DNA of 64,000 bases from positions 147,889 through 211,888 of the forward strand of contig JAZSON010000012.1 in NCBI GenBank assembly GCA_045536965.1, read 5' to 3'. The stretch comes from Eubacteriales bacterium. Its GTDB lineage: Bacteria > Bacillota > Clostridia > Oscillospirales > SIG627. Positions 43,963-54,016 of this stretch are shown here, one piece after another. Every line of letters starts with the position of its first letter. Positions within the stretch are counted from its first letter, which is position 1. Both the position numbers and the translations under genes were made by a program. The notes beneath the pieces are model-generated. The model worked only from the letters and a program-made list of their open reading frames with translations. It had not been told where the DNA came from and did not search any database.

Positions 43963-45225
43963 TCAGAATAAGACTATCAAAAATTGGGAAACCAAAACAA
44001 CTGCAATCAAAGCGATGGGATAGGTTGCCGCATACGCCGCCGCCACATCCTCGGTGCCTGCGGTTCCGATCAGTGTGCCGAGAGCGGGGGTGCTGGTCAT
44101 ACCTCCGGTCAGAGAGCCGAGGTTATTGAGAAGGCTGAGCTTGAGGACATATTTGGCAAACAAGAAACCAATCACCATGGGAAGAAGTGTCATAATGGCG
44201 CCGTAAACAAAATACATGGGGTCAAAGTTTGCAACAAATTCCGCGCCGCCCGATACGCCTGCGCCTAAAAGGAACAGAACTAAGCCGAGTTCGCGCAAAA
44301 ATTTGAGCGTGGAGGCGGTAGGCATGATGCTGATTTTGCCAACACGGGAGAAATGACCGAAAACAAGGGCAACCAAGAGACATCCACCCGTAGAAGTTAA
44401 AGAAAAGCAAGTTCCCGAAAGGCCGTCGCCTGTAAGAGGAATCTTAATAGCACCAACGATTGTTCCAAGCAGAGCCGCAAGAGAAAAGACTGCAATGCCA
44501 TAGGAATCAAGTTGGAAGAGGCCTTTAACTTCCTTCTTTTCGCTGCCAACATCCACAACCGCAAGTTTTGCTCTTTCTTCTGCCATATTCGCTCCCATGA
44601 TTTTGGGAATAACCTGCACAAAGAGAACGACACCAAGCACGCCGAAGATATAGGCAATGCCATAGCCTACCGAAACAAGGCCGACATATTCCTCCGCAAC
44701 CGTTGCTTTCGCAGCGGCAAAAGCAGGGGTGGAGGTAAGCGCACCCGAGAAAAGTCCTGAAATCATCGCGGTAAATCCCTCAGAGGTCTCTATGGAAGAA
44801 CCATAACCAATCCCTTGTCCCATATAGATACATGCGACCGCTGATATACCACCTGCAAGGATAATAACCACACCGAGCAAGACGTAGGACTTGAAGTTTC
44901 TTTTCATATTGCCGAAAAACTTAGGTCCTGCGATAAAGCCAACAGCGGTTACAAAGAAGATAAGTCCGATTTTTTCCACAATGCTGAGCGCCTGTTCGAC
45001 AAATTCAACGCCGCCCGACTCCCCTTTAATTATAAGTTGATCGGAAAGGGGCGTGTAAAGAAGCGCGCCGAAAAGCAAAGCAATAATAAAAACACCGGAA
45101 CTGCCAAGAGAAATCCCTTTAATGGAGATTCTGCCAAAAGCGTAACCAACAAAAAGGATGGCCAGTACACAGAAAATAAAAAACGAAACCCCCGTAACGG
45201 GTATGACACCGCCAAACAAAGTCAT
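43963..45225 (-). CDS. AAE-family (AspT/YidE/YbjL/SucE-like) permease, candidate dicarboxylate/succinate transporter
   Basis: 420-aa polytopic protein with a duplicated motif (GISLGSSGVFIIALLFG...IGLIFFVTAVGFIAGPKFF and ...LGLVLFLLGAGVSGG..F). Last gene of the frd/hdr operon. Family call is from memory. Confidence 0.55.
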   Translation of the reverse strand: MTLFGGVIPVTGVSFFIFCVLAILFVGYAFGRISIKGISLGSSGVFIIALLFGALLYTPLSDQLIIKGESGGVEFVEQALSIVEKIGLIFFVTAVGFIAGPKFFGNMKRNFKSYVLLGVVIILAGGISAVACIYMGQGIGYGSSIETSEGFTAMISGLFSGALTSTPAFAAAKATVAEEYVGLVSVGYGIAYIFGVLGVVLFVQVIPKIMGANMAEERAKLAVVDVGSEKKEVKGLFQLDSYGIAVFSLAALLGTIVGAIKIPLTGDGLSGTCFSLTSTGGCLLVALVFGHFSRVGKISIMPTASTLKFLRELGLVLFLLGAGVSGGAEFVANFDPMYFVYGAIMTLLPMVIGFLFAKYVLKLSLLNNLGSLTGGMTSTPALGTLIGTAGTEDVAAAYAATYPIALIAVVLVSQFLIVLF

Positions 45226-45249
45226 TGCTTCATTCTTCCTTTCAATTTC

Positions 45250-46854
45250 TTAACCGTTTACCTTGCGGGTATAATCGGGAAGAAGTTTGGGAGATTGCAT
45301 TTGTGTTTCGATGTGCGCATCTGCGATCTCTTTTTCAAACGCATCAACATGTTTGAGGGTAAGCGCGCCGACCGTCGTTTCTTTTGCGGCGGCCGCTGCA
45401 TGAATACCTGCATTTCTGCCGAACACAATGATGTCGAGCAGAGAGTTACCCATCAAACGGTTTTTGCCATGAATACCGCCGACCGCTTCGCCGGCAACAA
45501 AGAGATTTTTAATGTTGGTGGTTTCGCCGTCAACATTGATGTCAAGACCACCATTCTGGTAGTGGAGAGTGGGGTAAATCAAGATCGGTTCTTTGCGGAT
45601 GTCAATGCCATATTTTGCAAACATACGCATCATAGCGGGAATGCGACGCTCGATGGTGCCTTCTCCTCCGATCTTTTCGATCATAGGAGTATCCAACCAA
45701 ACGCCCTGACCGTTGCCTGTGTCAATACCGTTGTCTCTTTCGGAGCATTCACGGATAACACTTGCGGCAGTTACATCGCGCGTTTCCAACGGATGCATAA
45801 AGACTTCGCCGTTTTTATTGACAAGCTTTGCGCCGAGAGAACGCACCTTTTCGGTAACAAGAGCACCAAAGATCTGTGCAGGATAGGCCGCGCCCGTCGG
45901 ATGGTATTGCAAGGTTTCGGCATAGAGAAGCTTTGCACCTGCGCGATAACCCAAAACCAAACCATCAGCAGTTGCGCCATAGTGGTTGGAGGTCGGGAAT
46001 CCTTGATAGTGCATACGACCTGCGCCGCCCGTTGCGATGACAACGGTCTTTGCTTTGGCAACAAGAAGTTCTTTGGTCTCCATATTCATGAGCACCGCAC
46101 CTGCAGCTGCGCCGTTTTCATCTAAAATCAGTTCAATAGCAGCGGTAAAATCAACCACAGTAATACCGCGGTTAAGAACTTCATCACGCAAAGTTCTCAT
46201 AATTTCGGCACCCGAATAGTCCTTGGCCGCGTGCATACGTTTTCTGGAGATACCACCACCATGGGTAGTGATCATAGTACCGTCTGCTTCCTTATCAAAT
46301 TCCACGCCAAGGTTAGAAAGCCAATGGATGGCATCGGGAGCATCGCATACAAGTTTTGCAAGCAATTCGCGTTTTGCGGCAAAGTGACCGCCGCCAAAAG
46401 CATCCACAAAGTGAATCGCGGGGGAGTCGTTGGGTTTGTCTGCCGCCTGAATGCCGCCTTCTGCCATCATGGTATTGGCATCCCCCATGCGAAGCTTGGT
46501 TACAATCATAACGTTTGCACCCGCTTCATGCGCTTCAATGGCCGCAGAGGTACCTGCGCCGCCGCCACCAATGATGAGAACGTCGGTTTCATAATCATGG
46601 GAGGAAAGATCCACGCTGTCAGCGGTGATTCTGCTGTGCGCTTGCAGAATTTGTGCAAGCTCCTTGGGTACTTTTTCTCCCTTGTTCGGACCGATTTTAA
46701 GTGTTTCGAATTCATCCTCTTTATAATCGGGATGGAAGGTAGACAGCACCTGCTCCTTCTGCTCGGCAGTCATACGGACGGGTTCAAAAGCAATGTTTTT
46801 TTCACGCGCGGCTTCCACCAACGCAAGAGATTCTTGGAACTGTTCAGAATACAT
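45250..46854 (-). CDS. Fumarate reductase/succinate dehydrogenase-type FAD flavoprotein (soluble FrdA/TfrA-like)
   Basis: DVLIIGGGGAGTSAAIEA, HPTG, TEKVRSLGAKL, and NRLMGNSLLD blocks of the FrdA/SdhA/NadB family. Has a ~95-aa N-terminal extension. Confidence 0.75.
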   Translation of the reverse strand: MYSEQFQESLALVEAAREKNIAFEPVRMTAEQKEQVLSTFHPDYKEDEFETLKIGPNKGEKVPKELAQILQAHSRITADSVDLSSHDYETDVLIIGGGGAGTSAAIEAHEAGANVMIVTKLRMGDANTMMAEGGIQAADKPNDSPAIHFVDAFGGGHFAAKRELLAKLVCDAPDAIHWLSNLGVEFDKEADGTMITTHGGGISRKRMHAAKDYSGAEIMRTLRDEVLNRGITVVDFTAAIELILDENGAAAGAVLMNMETKELLVAKAKTVVIATGGAGRMHYQGFPTSNHYGATADGLVLGYRAGAKLLYAETLQYHPTGAAYPAQIFGALVTEKVRSLGAKLVNKNGEVFMHPLETRDVTAASVIRECSERDNGIDTGNGQGVWLDTPMIEKIGGEGTIERRIPAMMRMFAKYGIDIRKEPILIYPTLHYQNGGLDINVDGETTNIKNLFVAGEAVGGIHGKNRLMGNSLLDIIVFGRNAGIHAAAAAKETTVGALTLKHVDAFEKEIADAHIETQMQSPKLLPDYTRKVNG

Positions 46855-46868
46855 TGTGCTGCACCTCC

Positions 46869-47549
46869 TTATTTTTCAATCTCACGGGTATTGTAAAGTT
46901 CTTTCAGTTCGTCAATCGGCTTATCCATCAAAGCTTCAATCAGTTCTTTGAAAGTGCCATCTTTGATTTCGCGAACGCGGTCTTCAAGATGATTGCAACC
47001 CGGAGCAAGATATTTGCCGTTGATACGGCGGGCAAGCATGGCAACCTGCGGATGCGAAATGCCCGCGGGACAGCGAGAGGAACAAACGCCGCACATTACG
47101 CAGTCAAAGGATTCTTCGGCACAAGCGGCAAAATCGCCCCGTTGTGCGTAAGCAATGTACTGCATAACATTCAATTCCTGCGTACAAACTTTGGTACAGG
47201 CATTGCAACCAACGCAAGCATAGATTTCGGGGTAAAGCTGCATCATCACGGCCTCGGAGGGGGTGATCTTCTCCATGTCATAGACCTGCTTGACAAGGGG
47301 GAAGAACGGCAAAGTGGCAATGTACATATTGTCTTCCACTTTGGTTTGGCAAGCCAAACATGCCTTCAGTTCGCGGTCTCCTTTAATACGGTACAAGGTG
47401 GCGCAGGCACCGCAGAATCCGTTTCTGCAGCCGCAACCACGCACCAACTGATACCCTGCGTATTCCATTGCCGTCATGATTGTCAGCTCTGCCGGAACCT
47501 CATACTTTTTTCCAAACAGAAAAATATTTACTGTGTTTCCCATTTTCAT
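46869..47549 (-). CDS. Fe-S subunit (2Fe-2S plus two Cys clusters, FrdB/SdhB-like)
   Basis: CGCRNGFCGACATLY...C (2Fe-2S type), CVGCNACTKVC, CVMCGVCSSRCP. Confidence 0.7.
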   Translation of the reverse strand: MKMGNTVNIFLFGKKYEVPAELTIMTAMEYAGYQLVRGCGCRNGFCGACATLYRIKGDRELKACLACQTKVEDNMYIATLPFFPLVKQVYDMEKITPSEAVMMQLYPEIYACVGCNACTKVCTQELNVMQYIAYAQRGDFAACAEESFDCVMCGVCSSRCPAGISHPQVAMLARRINGKYLAPGCNHLEDRVREIKDGTFKELIEALMDKPIDELKELYNTREIEK

Positions 47550-47558
47550 ATACCTCCA

Positions 47559-48392
47559 TCAATATTCGCTCGGAAGCTCATCCAGCTCGTCGCAACGGAA
47601 GACAGGTCCGTCTTTACATACATATTTTGCGCCTACGTTACAACGGCCGCACTTGCCGACACCGCATTTCATGCGCAATTCAAGGGTGGTATAAATCTGC
47701 GTCTTATCAAAGCCGAGTCCGCAAAGTCCCTCTAACGTAAATTTGATCATAATAGGAGGTCCGCAAAGAACCGCTATCTTATTGGTATCAAATCCGAGTT
47801 CCTTCACATAATTCGGTACAAATCCAACGTGTCCGTCCCACTCGGGCTGCTCACGGTCAATGGTCAAGTGAACATGCACGTTTTCATCATTTTGCCATTC
47901 TTCTATGATTTCCTTGTAATCAAGCAAATCTTCTTTGGAACGAGAGCCATATACGATATCAATGCGGCCATATCTGTCGCGGTAGTGGCGGCAGTAATTG
48001 ATGACAGAGCGGAGGGGAGCAAGTCCAACACCGCCCGCAATAAAGAGCAAATCGTGTCCCGCAAACACATCGTCTACAGGGAACGGCTTGCCGTACGGTC
48101 CTCGCACGGTGATCATCTGGCCAACCTCTGCGGCGTGAAGCCACTCGGTTACACAACCGCATTTTTTAATGGAAAATTCCATATACTCGGTGTTTGTCGG
48201 AGAAGAGGTGATCGAAAACATTGCCTCACCGACACCCGGAACCGACAACATGGCACATTGTCCGGGTCTGTGTTCAAAAGGTTTTTTCCCATCAGGCGTT
48301 ACGACACGGAACGTCTTAATATCCGGTGTATCGATCCGCACATCGGTAATAACACCCACAACCGGTATCAGGGCTTCATTCATTTCAGCCAT
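47559..48392 (-). CDS. FAD/NAD(P)-binding oxidoreductase with C-terminal 2Fe-2S (FlxA/AsrB/HydG-like)
   Basis: RPGQCAMLSVPG, LLFIAGGVGLAPL, CGVGKCGRCNVG. Confidence 0.7.
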   Translation of the reverse strand: MAEMNEALIPVVGVITDVRIDTPDIKTFRVVTPDGKKPFEHRPGQCAMLSVPGVGEAMFSITSSPTNTEYMEFSIKKCGCVTEWLHAAEVGQMITVRGPYGKPFPVDDVFAGHDLLFIAGGVGLAPLRSVINYCRHYRDRYGRIDIVYGSRSKEDLLDYKEIIEEWQNDENVHVHLTIDREQPEWDGHVGFVPNYVKELGFDTNKIAVLCGPPIMIKFTLEGLCGLGFDKTQIYTTLELRMKCGVGKCGRCNVGAKYVCKDGPVFRCDELDELPSEY

Positions 48393-49410
48393 TTTTATTA
48401 CCCTCCAATGCTTTCATTACCTTCACAATATTCATAGAGATGGGACATTTTGCAAGACATCTGCCACATCCGACACACGAAAATTCACCGCCGTTATTTT
48501 CGGGGAAGTACACCAGTTTATGCATAAACCGTTGACGGAACCGCTCTTTTTGCGAGTTGCGGTTGTTGCCATGCGCCATTTTGGTGAAGTCCGAATACAT
48601 ACAAGAATCCCAGCAACGATAGCGGACAACGCCATTGTTGGTCTTATAGTCGCGGATGTCATAGCATTGACAGGTGGGACAAACAAAGGTACAAGTACCG
48701 CATCCGAGGCAGCTTTCCGAAAGTTTTTCCCAAGCGGGAGAGTTGAAAAATGCATCCGTTTTCCCGCCGCCAAAGGCATCTGTCTTCAAATCGGCAAGCG
48801 GAAGACGTTTCATGATATTCAAAATCTTTTCTTTCTGTGCATCAACAACGCTCTCGTCACCCGCCGTAGCAAGATCGGATACGAGTGCTACAAAAACTTC
48901 GCCCTTTTGGGTGTTTGCACAAAAATGGAGTTCATCGCCGCAAATCCAAGCGCTGACATCCCCCATCGGCAAAGATGCATCAATACCAAACGTTTGGCAG
49001 AAGCAATTTTCGGTGGGACGATTACAAGCAAGAGAAACGATGATGCCGTGTTCACGACGAGCCGCATAATAACTGTCGAGCGGTTCGGCGAGAAAAACGC
49101 GGTCAAGAATTTCAAGCGCTTTTACATCACAATTACGAACACCGAAAACAACAAAATCCTCGGTTTCGCTTCTTGTGTCAACAATTTCGATCTTTTTGCC
49201 CTCTGTTTTAAAGGCCATAAGATCTTCGCTCTGCGGGAAAAAGAGATCCTTGGGGCCTCTCACTGTATTCACCGCATGACTCCAAACAGAACCGGACTGC
49301 CATTTTTTATAAACAGCGCCGTTTTTATCCTCAACCGGCAAATACAGCGACATAGAAGCGGAAACTCTCTCAAAAAGCTTATCTACATTCGAAAGCGCAA
49401 TTTTAAGCAC
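48385..49410 (-). CDS. 4Fe-4S dicluster protein (FlxB/AsrA-like)
   Basis: CLGCGTCTFVCPTCQCYD and CVGCGRCLAKCP. 8-nt overlaps with both neighbouring genes. Confidence 0.65.
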   Translation of the reverse strand: MLKIALSNVDKLFERVSASMSLYLPVEDKNGAVYKKWQSGSVWSHAVNTVRGPKDLFFPQSEDLMAFKTEGKKIEIVDTRSETEDFVVFGVRNCDVKALEILDRVFLAEPLDSYYAARREHGIIVSLACNRPTENCFCQTFGIDASLPMGDVSAWICGDELHFCANTQKGEVFVALVSDLATAGDESVVDAQKEKILNIMKRLPLADLKTDAFGGGKTDAFFNSPAWEKLSESCLGCGTCTFVCPTCQCYDIRDYKTNNGVVRYRCWDSCMYSDFTKMAHGNNRNSQKERFRQRFMHKLVYFPENNGGEFSCVGCGRCLAKCPISMNIVKVMKALEGNKNG

Positions 49411-50401
49411 GATTGCCGCCTCCTTTCACGACGTCGGAAGGTTCGGGATCTTCACGGGTAAAATTGACAAGCGGGGCGCGCTGATCGGATTCGCGGCCTG
49501 CTTGGTACTCTCCGTACGTTTCGTTGATGTCTTTAATAAACTTACGGTTCAACAGATGCAAGGGAATGTTTTGCGGACACACGCGCGAACATTCTCCGCA
49601 ATCGGTACATCTTCCCGCAACGTGGTATGCGCGGATGATGTGGAATAATTTTTCTTCAAAATCTCCACCCGGAGCCTTGCTTTCAACACCCGATGCGGGG
49701 TTGTCAAATACGCATTTTTCACAAGTACAGGCGGGACAAGCATCACGACAGGCATTGCAGCGGATGCAACGGGACAATTCGTTTTGCCAGAAGGCAAAAC
49801 GCTCGTCGGGACTCATGGCTTCAAGGCGGGCAACCTCATCAAAACGGGACGAGGCCAATTCTTCTCCATCGTCGCCAATCAGCTCATCATAAGCAACATG
49901 CTTTTTAGATTTGCAGGTCACACAGCGCTCCAAAAGAACATCTGCCAAAGCCACGCGTTTGGGTTGCTCATCAAAAATGGTATGCACAACCAATCCATTG
50001 CTTTCTTCTTCGACAGATGCGATACCTTCACCTGTTATTTTGCGAATGGCTTGAATATCCGCCATGCCGTTACAAGGGATGCCAATGGCATACACCTTTT
50101 CACGATCAAAGCGATGCTCACACAAAAGCTGGTTAAAGCTGTAAGTATCACAGGGTTTTAAAAATACAAGGATCTTTCCTTCGATTTCCCGCGTCTTTTT
50201 CACCAAATATTTGGAAAGATTGGCGCCGGAAAAATCGTTATAGACAAAGCCGTCGACAAGCTCCTCTGCGGTAGTAAAAACAGCAGGGGTCAAGTCGTAA
50301 TCAAACTCGCCGCGCTTCCATCCGAGAACGGCAGCAACGGTACCGTCGGCAAGTAAGGATGCCGCGCGATCGCATAATACTTTGGTCGTTACTGTTTGCA
50401 T
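49403..50401 (-). CDS. Fe-S protein (FlxC-like)
   Basis: CIRCNACRDACPACTCEKC and CTDCGECSRVCP. Confidence 0.6.
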   Translation of the reverse strand: MQTVTTKVLCDRAASLLADGTVAAVLGWKRGEFDYDLTPAVFTTAEELVDGFVYNDFSGANLSKYLVKKTREIEGKILVFLKPCDTYSFNQLLCEHRFDREKVYAIGIPCNGMADIQAIRKITGEGIASVEEESNGLVVHTIFDEQPKRVALADVLLERCVTCKSKKHVAYDELIGDDGEELASSRFDEVARLEAMSPDERFAFWQNELSRCIRCNACRDACPACTCEKCVFDNPASGVESKAPGGDFEEKLFHIIRAYHVAGRCTDCGECSRVCPQNIPLHLLNRKFIKDINETYGEYQAGRESDQRAPLVNFTREDPEPSDVVKGGGNRA

Positions 50402-50826
50402 CGCAGATCCTCCAATCTCTTGTTCGGGCCAAGAGCCGTTACCTTTTCAACAAAATCATTCATCGTAGCGGCAAATTTTGCGCCCTCTGCAGCAGATACC
50501 CACTCGACGCGGGTGCGCTCGCGTTCAATGCCGAGATAGTCGAGCATGGAAAAGAGCATCGACATTCTGCGGCGGGTATAATAGTTGCCCGTCGAATAAT
50601 GGCAGTCGCCCGGATGACATCCACAAAGAATCACGCCATCCGCACCGCGCTGAAAAGCGCGCAGGATAAACATGGGGTTGACACGACAGGAGCAGGGAAC
50701 ACGGATGATTTTTACATCCGCGGGATAAGCGAGACGGTTAGAGCCTGCAAGATCGGCACCAGCATACGAACACCAGTTACAGCAAAACGCCACGATTTTG
50801 GGTTTGAAGTCTTTTACATCTTGCAT
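50389..50826 (-). CDS. MvhD/FlxD-like hydrogenase delta-subunit family protein
   Basis: KIVAFCCNWCSYAGADLAG...IIRVPCSCRVNPMFILRAFQRGADGVILCGCHPGDCHY. Confidence 0.8.
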   Translation of the reverse strand: MQDVKDFKPKIVAFCCNWCSYAGADLAGSNRLAYPADVKIIRVPCSCRVNPMFILRAFQRGADGVILCGCHPGDCHYSTGNYYTRRRMSMLFSMLDYLGIERERTRVEWVSAAEGAKFAATMNDFVEKVTALGPNKRLEDLRCKQ

Positions 50827-52811
50827 ATCGCATCCACCTCCGCCATAATTTGATTATTCTTGAATCCATTCAGATCCATTGCACCCGAAGGACAAGCAAC
50901 GGTGCAAGCGCCGCAACCCTGACAAACTGCGGGATTGACCTTGGCCACCCGACGCATTCTCGTCGTACGATCGGGCATTCTGAATTCTTTGTCCTCGTAA
51001 GAAATCGCTCCGTAAGGACAGACTCTTTCACAAGAGGAACAACCGTTGCACATCAGCTCATTCGACTGCGCAATACAGGGGTTTCCTGTCAAGAAATCTT
51101 TGCAAAGCAGGCCGATGACCTTACTTGCCGCCGCGCCCGCTTGAGCAACCGTTTCGGGAATATCCTTGGGACCTTGGCAGGCACCCGAAAGGAAAACGCC
51201 TGCCGTGGGAGATTCCACGGGGCGAAGCTTCGGATGCGCTTCGGTAAAGAAATCATTGGTATCCATAGAAGCTGTCAGCATAGTCGCAAGAGGACGCGCA
51301 GATTTATCCGGCTCAATCGCTGCCGCCAATACCACAAGATCGGCATCGATCTGCAGTTGTTTGCCATTGATAAGATCGGATGCCTGTACCAGCAATTTTT
51401 TGCCTTCGGGTACAACCTTACCGACCATACCTTTTACATAATGCACACCGTACTCTTCTACCGCACGGCGATAGAATTCGTCAAATGCCTTGCCGGGTGT
51501 ACGCACATCGATATAGAATACATACACTTCGGTATCGGGATATTTATCACGGGTGAGCATAGCGTGCTTGGCCGTATACATACAACAAATCTTCGAGCAA
51601 TATTCCTTGCCCTTTTCGGTGCAGTTTTCACAACGCGAACCCACACACTGCACAAACACGATCTTGTGCGGATGTTCGCCGTCGGAAGGACGAAGCAGTT
51701 TGCCCGCGGTGGGACCTGCGGCGTTGGTCAGACGCTCGAATTCAAGAGAAGTGATAACGTCTTTAGAGTCTGCGTAAGCAAACTCATTGAATTTATCCAT
51801 GGAAATGGGATTGTAACCGGTCGCAACGACGATAGCACCGTATTTTTCTTCGATAAATTCATCTTTTGCTTTATAATCAATGGCGCCTGCGGTACAAACC
51901 TTGGAACAAACACCGCATTTTCCGCTTTTTAACATGGTGCAGTAGTCGGGATCGATGGTTGCGACCTTCGGCACTGCCTGCGCGAACGGAATATAGATGG
52001 CGCGGCGATTATCCATGCCAAGATTGAACTCATTGGGTACCTTCTTCTGTGGACATTTTTCGGTACACAACCCGCAACCCGTACAAATATCTTCTTTCAC
52101 ATAACGGGCTTTTCGTTTGATGGTTACATCAAAATTGCCCACATATCCGCCCACTTTGGATACTTCGCTGTAAGAAAAAATGCGAATTTTCTCATTTTGT
52201 GCGGCGTCCACCATCTTGGGGGTGAGGATACATGCGGCACAGTCAAGTGTCGGGAAGGTTTTATCCAGTTGTGCCATTTTTCCGCCGATGGTAGGTTTGG
52301 TTTCGACGATATCAACCGGGAATCCTGCATCAGCAATATCCAATGCGGTCTGAATGCCCGCAATACCGCCACCGATCACCAATGCACGCTTGGTAACGGG
52401 CGACTGTCCCGGTGTAAGCGGTGCGTTCAAATTGACCTTGGCCACGGCCGCTTTGCCGAGAATGATGGCTTTTTCGGTGCCTGTAACCGTATCCTTATGT
52501 ATCCACGAACATTGTTCACGAATGTTGGCAATCTCCACCATATACGGATTAAGCCCTGCTGCAGAAGCGGTTTTGCGGAAAGTGGCCTCATGCATACGAG
52601 GTGAACAAGAGCAAACGACAATACCACTCAAACGATGCTCTGCAATGGCGTTTTTGATAATATCTTGTCCCGCTTGGGAACACATATATTGATAATCGGT
52701 AGAAAAGACCACACCGGGTTCCATTTTAAGTGCTTCGGCCACGGCATGAACATCCACGGTTCCTGCAATGTTTGAGCCGCACCAGCATACAAATACGCCG
52801 ATTCTTTGCAT
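50814..52811 (-). CDS. hdrA: Heterodisulfide reductase subunit A-like flavoprotein
   Basis: 665 aa. RIGVFVCWCGSNIAG, ALVIGGGIAGIQTALDIADAG, and several ferredoxin-type Cys clusters (CTGCGLCTEKCP, CGVCSKVC, CNGCSSCERVCP, CQGCGACTVACP). Confidence 0.8.
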   Translation of the reverse strand: MQRIGVFVCWCGSNIAGTVDVHAVAEALKMEPGVVFSTDYQYMCSQAGQDIIKNAIAEHRLSGIVVCSCSPRMHEATFRKTASAAGLNPYMVEIANIREQCSWIHKDTVTGTEKAIILGKAAVAKVNLNAPLTPGQSPVTKRALVIGGGIAGIQTALDIADAGFPVDIVETKPTIGGKMAQLDKTFPTLDCAACILTPKMVDAAQNEKIRIFSYSEVSKVGGYVGNFDVTIKRKARYVKEDICTGCGLCTEKCPQKKVPNEFNLGMDNRRAIYIPFAQAVPKVATIDPDYCTMLKSGKCGVCSKVCTAGAIDYKAKDEFIEEKYGAIVVATGYNPISMDKFNEFAYADSKDVITSLEFERLTNAAGPTAGKLLRPSDGEHPHKIVFVQCVGSRCENCTEKGKEYCSKICCMYTAKHAMLTRDKYPDTEVYVFYIDVRTPGKAFDEFYRRAVEEYGVHYVKGMVGKVVPEGKKLLVQASDLINGKQLQIDADLVVLAAAIEPDKSARPLATMLTASMDTNDFFTEAHPKLRPVESPTAGVFLSGACQGPKDIPETVAQAGAAASKVIGLLCKDFLTGNPCIAQSNELMCNGCSSCERVCPYGAISYEDKEFRMPDRTTRMRRVAKVNPAVCQGCGACTVACPSGAMDLNGFKNNQIMAEVDAICKM

Positions 52812-52828
52812 GGTATCTTCTCCTCCCT

Positions 52829-53215
52829 TTATTTCGTGTATTTACGGAACGCGCTGACAAGAAGCTGTCCCGGAGTATTTTCGTCCAGCATTGCCGGAAC
52901 GTCGTCTGCCGTCATGCGATTCGCGCCTTGTTTTCTGATGGCAAGAAGGCGCACCGCCTCAATCAGTTTGGCAGGTTCAACACCGCGCGGGCATCTCTCC
53001 ATGCAAGCAAAGCAGGACAGACAACGATAGATCGAATCGGACTGCAATAGCACATCGATCTCGCCGTTATCGATCATCGACACAAATTGATGGGGATGAT
53101 ACTCCATCCCATCGTATGCGGGGCAGGTTGCTGTACACTTACCGCACTTCATACATTTTTTTACGTTAACACCGCTGATGCGGAGGATTTCTTTTTTCAT
53201 TTCGTTATTTGTCAT
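52829..53215 (-). CDS. hdrC: Heterodisulfide reductase subunit C-like 4Fe-4S protein
   Basis: CMKCGKCTATCP and CLSCFACMERCP. Start chosen at ATG 53215, 6 nt after AAGGAGG. Confidence 0.7.
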   Translation of the reverse strand: MTNNEMKKEILRISGVNVKKCMKCGKCTATCPAYDGMEYHPHQFVSMIDNGEIDVLLQSDSIYRCLSCFACMERCPRGVEPAKLIEAVRLLAIRKQGANRMTADDVPAMLDENTPGQLLVSAFRKYTK

Positions 53216-53999
53216 TTCCATCCTCCTTGACACCCAGCGCTTCGGCTAAAAGCTCTGTGAAATAAACAACCGGAAGTTTTTCGCCGTTCTTTTCAAGATT
53301 ATACTTGCAAAGGGGACAGGCTGTCACAAGCATATCGGCACCTGCCGCCGCGGCGTTGTCCATGATCTTTTGGCTGTTTTTCTCAGCAATTGAGGGCTGT
53401 TCGGCATAAACATAGCCGCCACAGCATTCGTTGCGTCTTGCATAAATGATCGGCTCGCCGCCAAGCGCGCGAATCAATTCTTCTATGATCTGCGGATTTT
53501 CGGGATCATCCATCCCCATAACTTTACCGGGACGAAGGAGCAAACAACCGTAATATGCGCCGATCTTTTTGCCGACAAGCGGTTTCTTAACTGCTTTTTT
53601 TACGTTTTCAAAACCAACCACATCACGGAGAAATTCCAAATAATGATATACCGTTGTTTCGCCGTGGTAGGGTGTTTCTTCCTGCATATAACGATTGACA
53701 CGATCGGCAAAAACAGCATCATTCCGCATGGCATAATTGGTCTGCTTCACAACATTGTGGCAAGCAGAACATACGGTCAAAAGCACTTGATCCTTTTCTT
53801 TTGCAGCACGCAAAAGACGGACTGAGGATAACTTGGTCGCCACTTCATCGTTTGCCGTAGTAAATACACCGCCGCAACACTGCCATGTTTCAGGCTCTTC
53901 CAAAGTTACACCCAACGCTTTTGCGCTTTTTCTTGCATATTCATCCAAATCCCGCGCCTTATTTTTCAAAGTACAGCCGGGAAAATACGTCACTTTCAT
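53205..53999 (-). CDS. hdrB: Heterodisulfide reductase subunit B-like protein (two CCG domains)
   Basis: MKVTYFPGCTL...WQCCGG and YYGCLLLRPG...NECCGG...CPLC. Confidence 0.8.
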   Translation of the reverse strand: MKVTYFPGCTLKNKARDLDEYARKSAKALGVTLEEPETWQCCGGVFTTANDEVATKLSSVRLLRAAKEKDQVLLTVCSACHNVVKQTNYAMRNDAVFADRVNRYMQEETPYHGETTVYHYLEFLRDVVGFENVKKAVKKPLVGKKIGAYYGCLLLRPGKVMGMDDPENPQIIEELIRALGGEPIIYARRNECCGGYVYAEQPSIAEKNSQKIMDNAAAAGADMLVTACPLCKYNLEKNGEKLPVVYFTELLAEALGVKEDGNDK

Positions 54000-54016
54000 A
54001 ATAACCCCCATTAAAA

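Noticed and set aside
45037-47735. Plus-strand ORFs 45037..46125, 46231..46896 and 46854..47735.
   Set aside because: They are antisense to the permease, frdA-like and frdB-like genes. They show no family resemblance or RBS.
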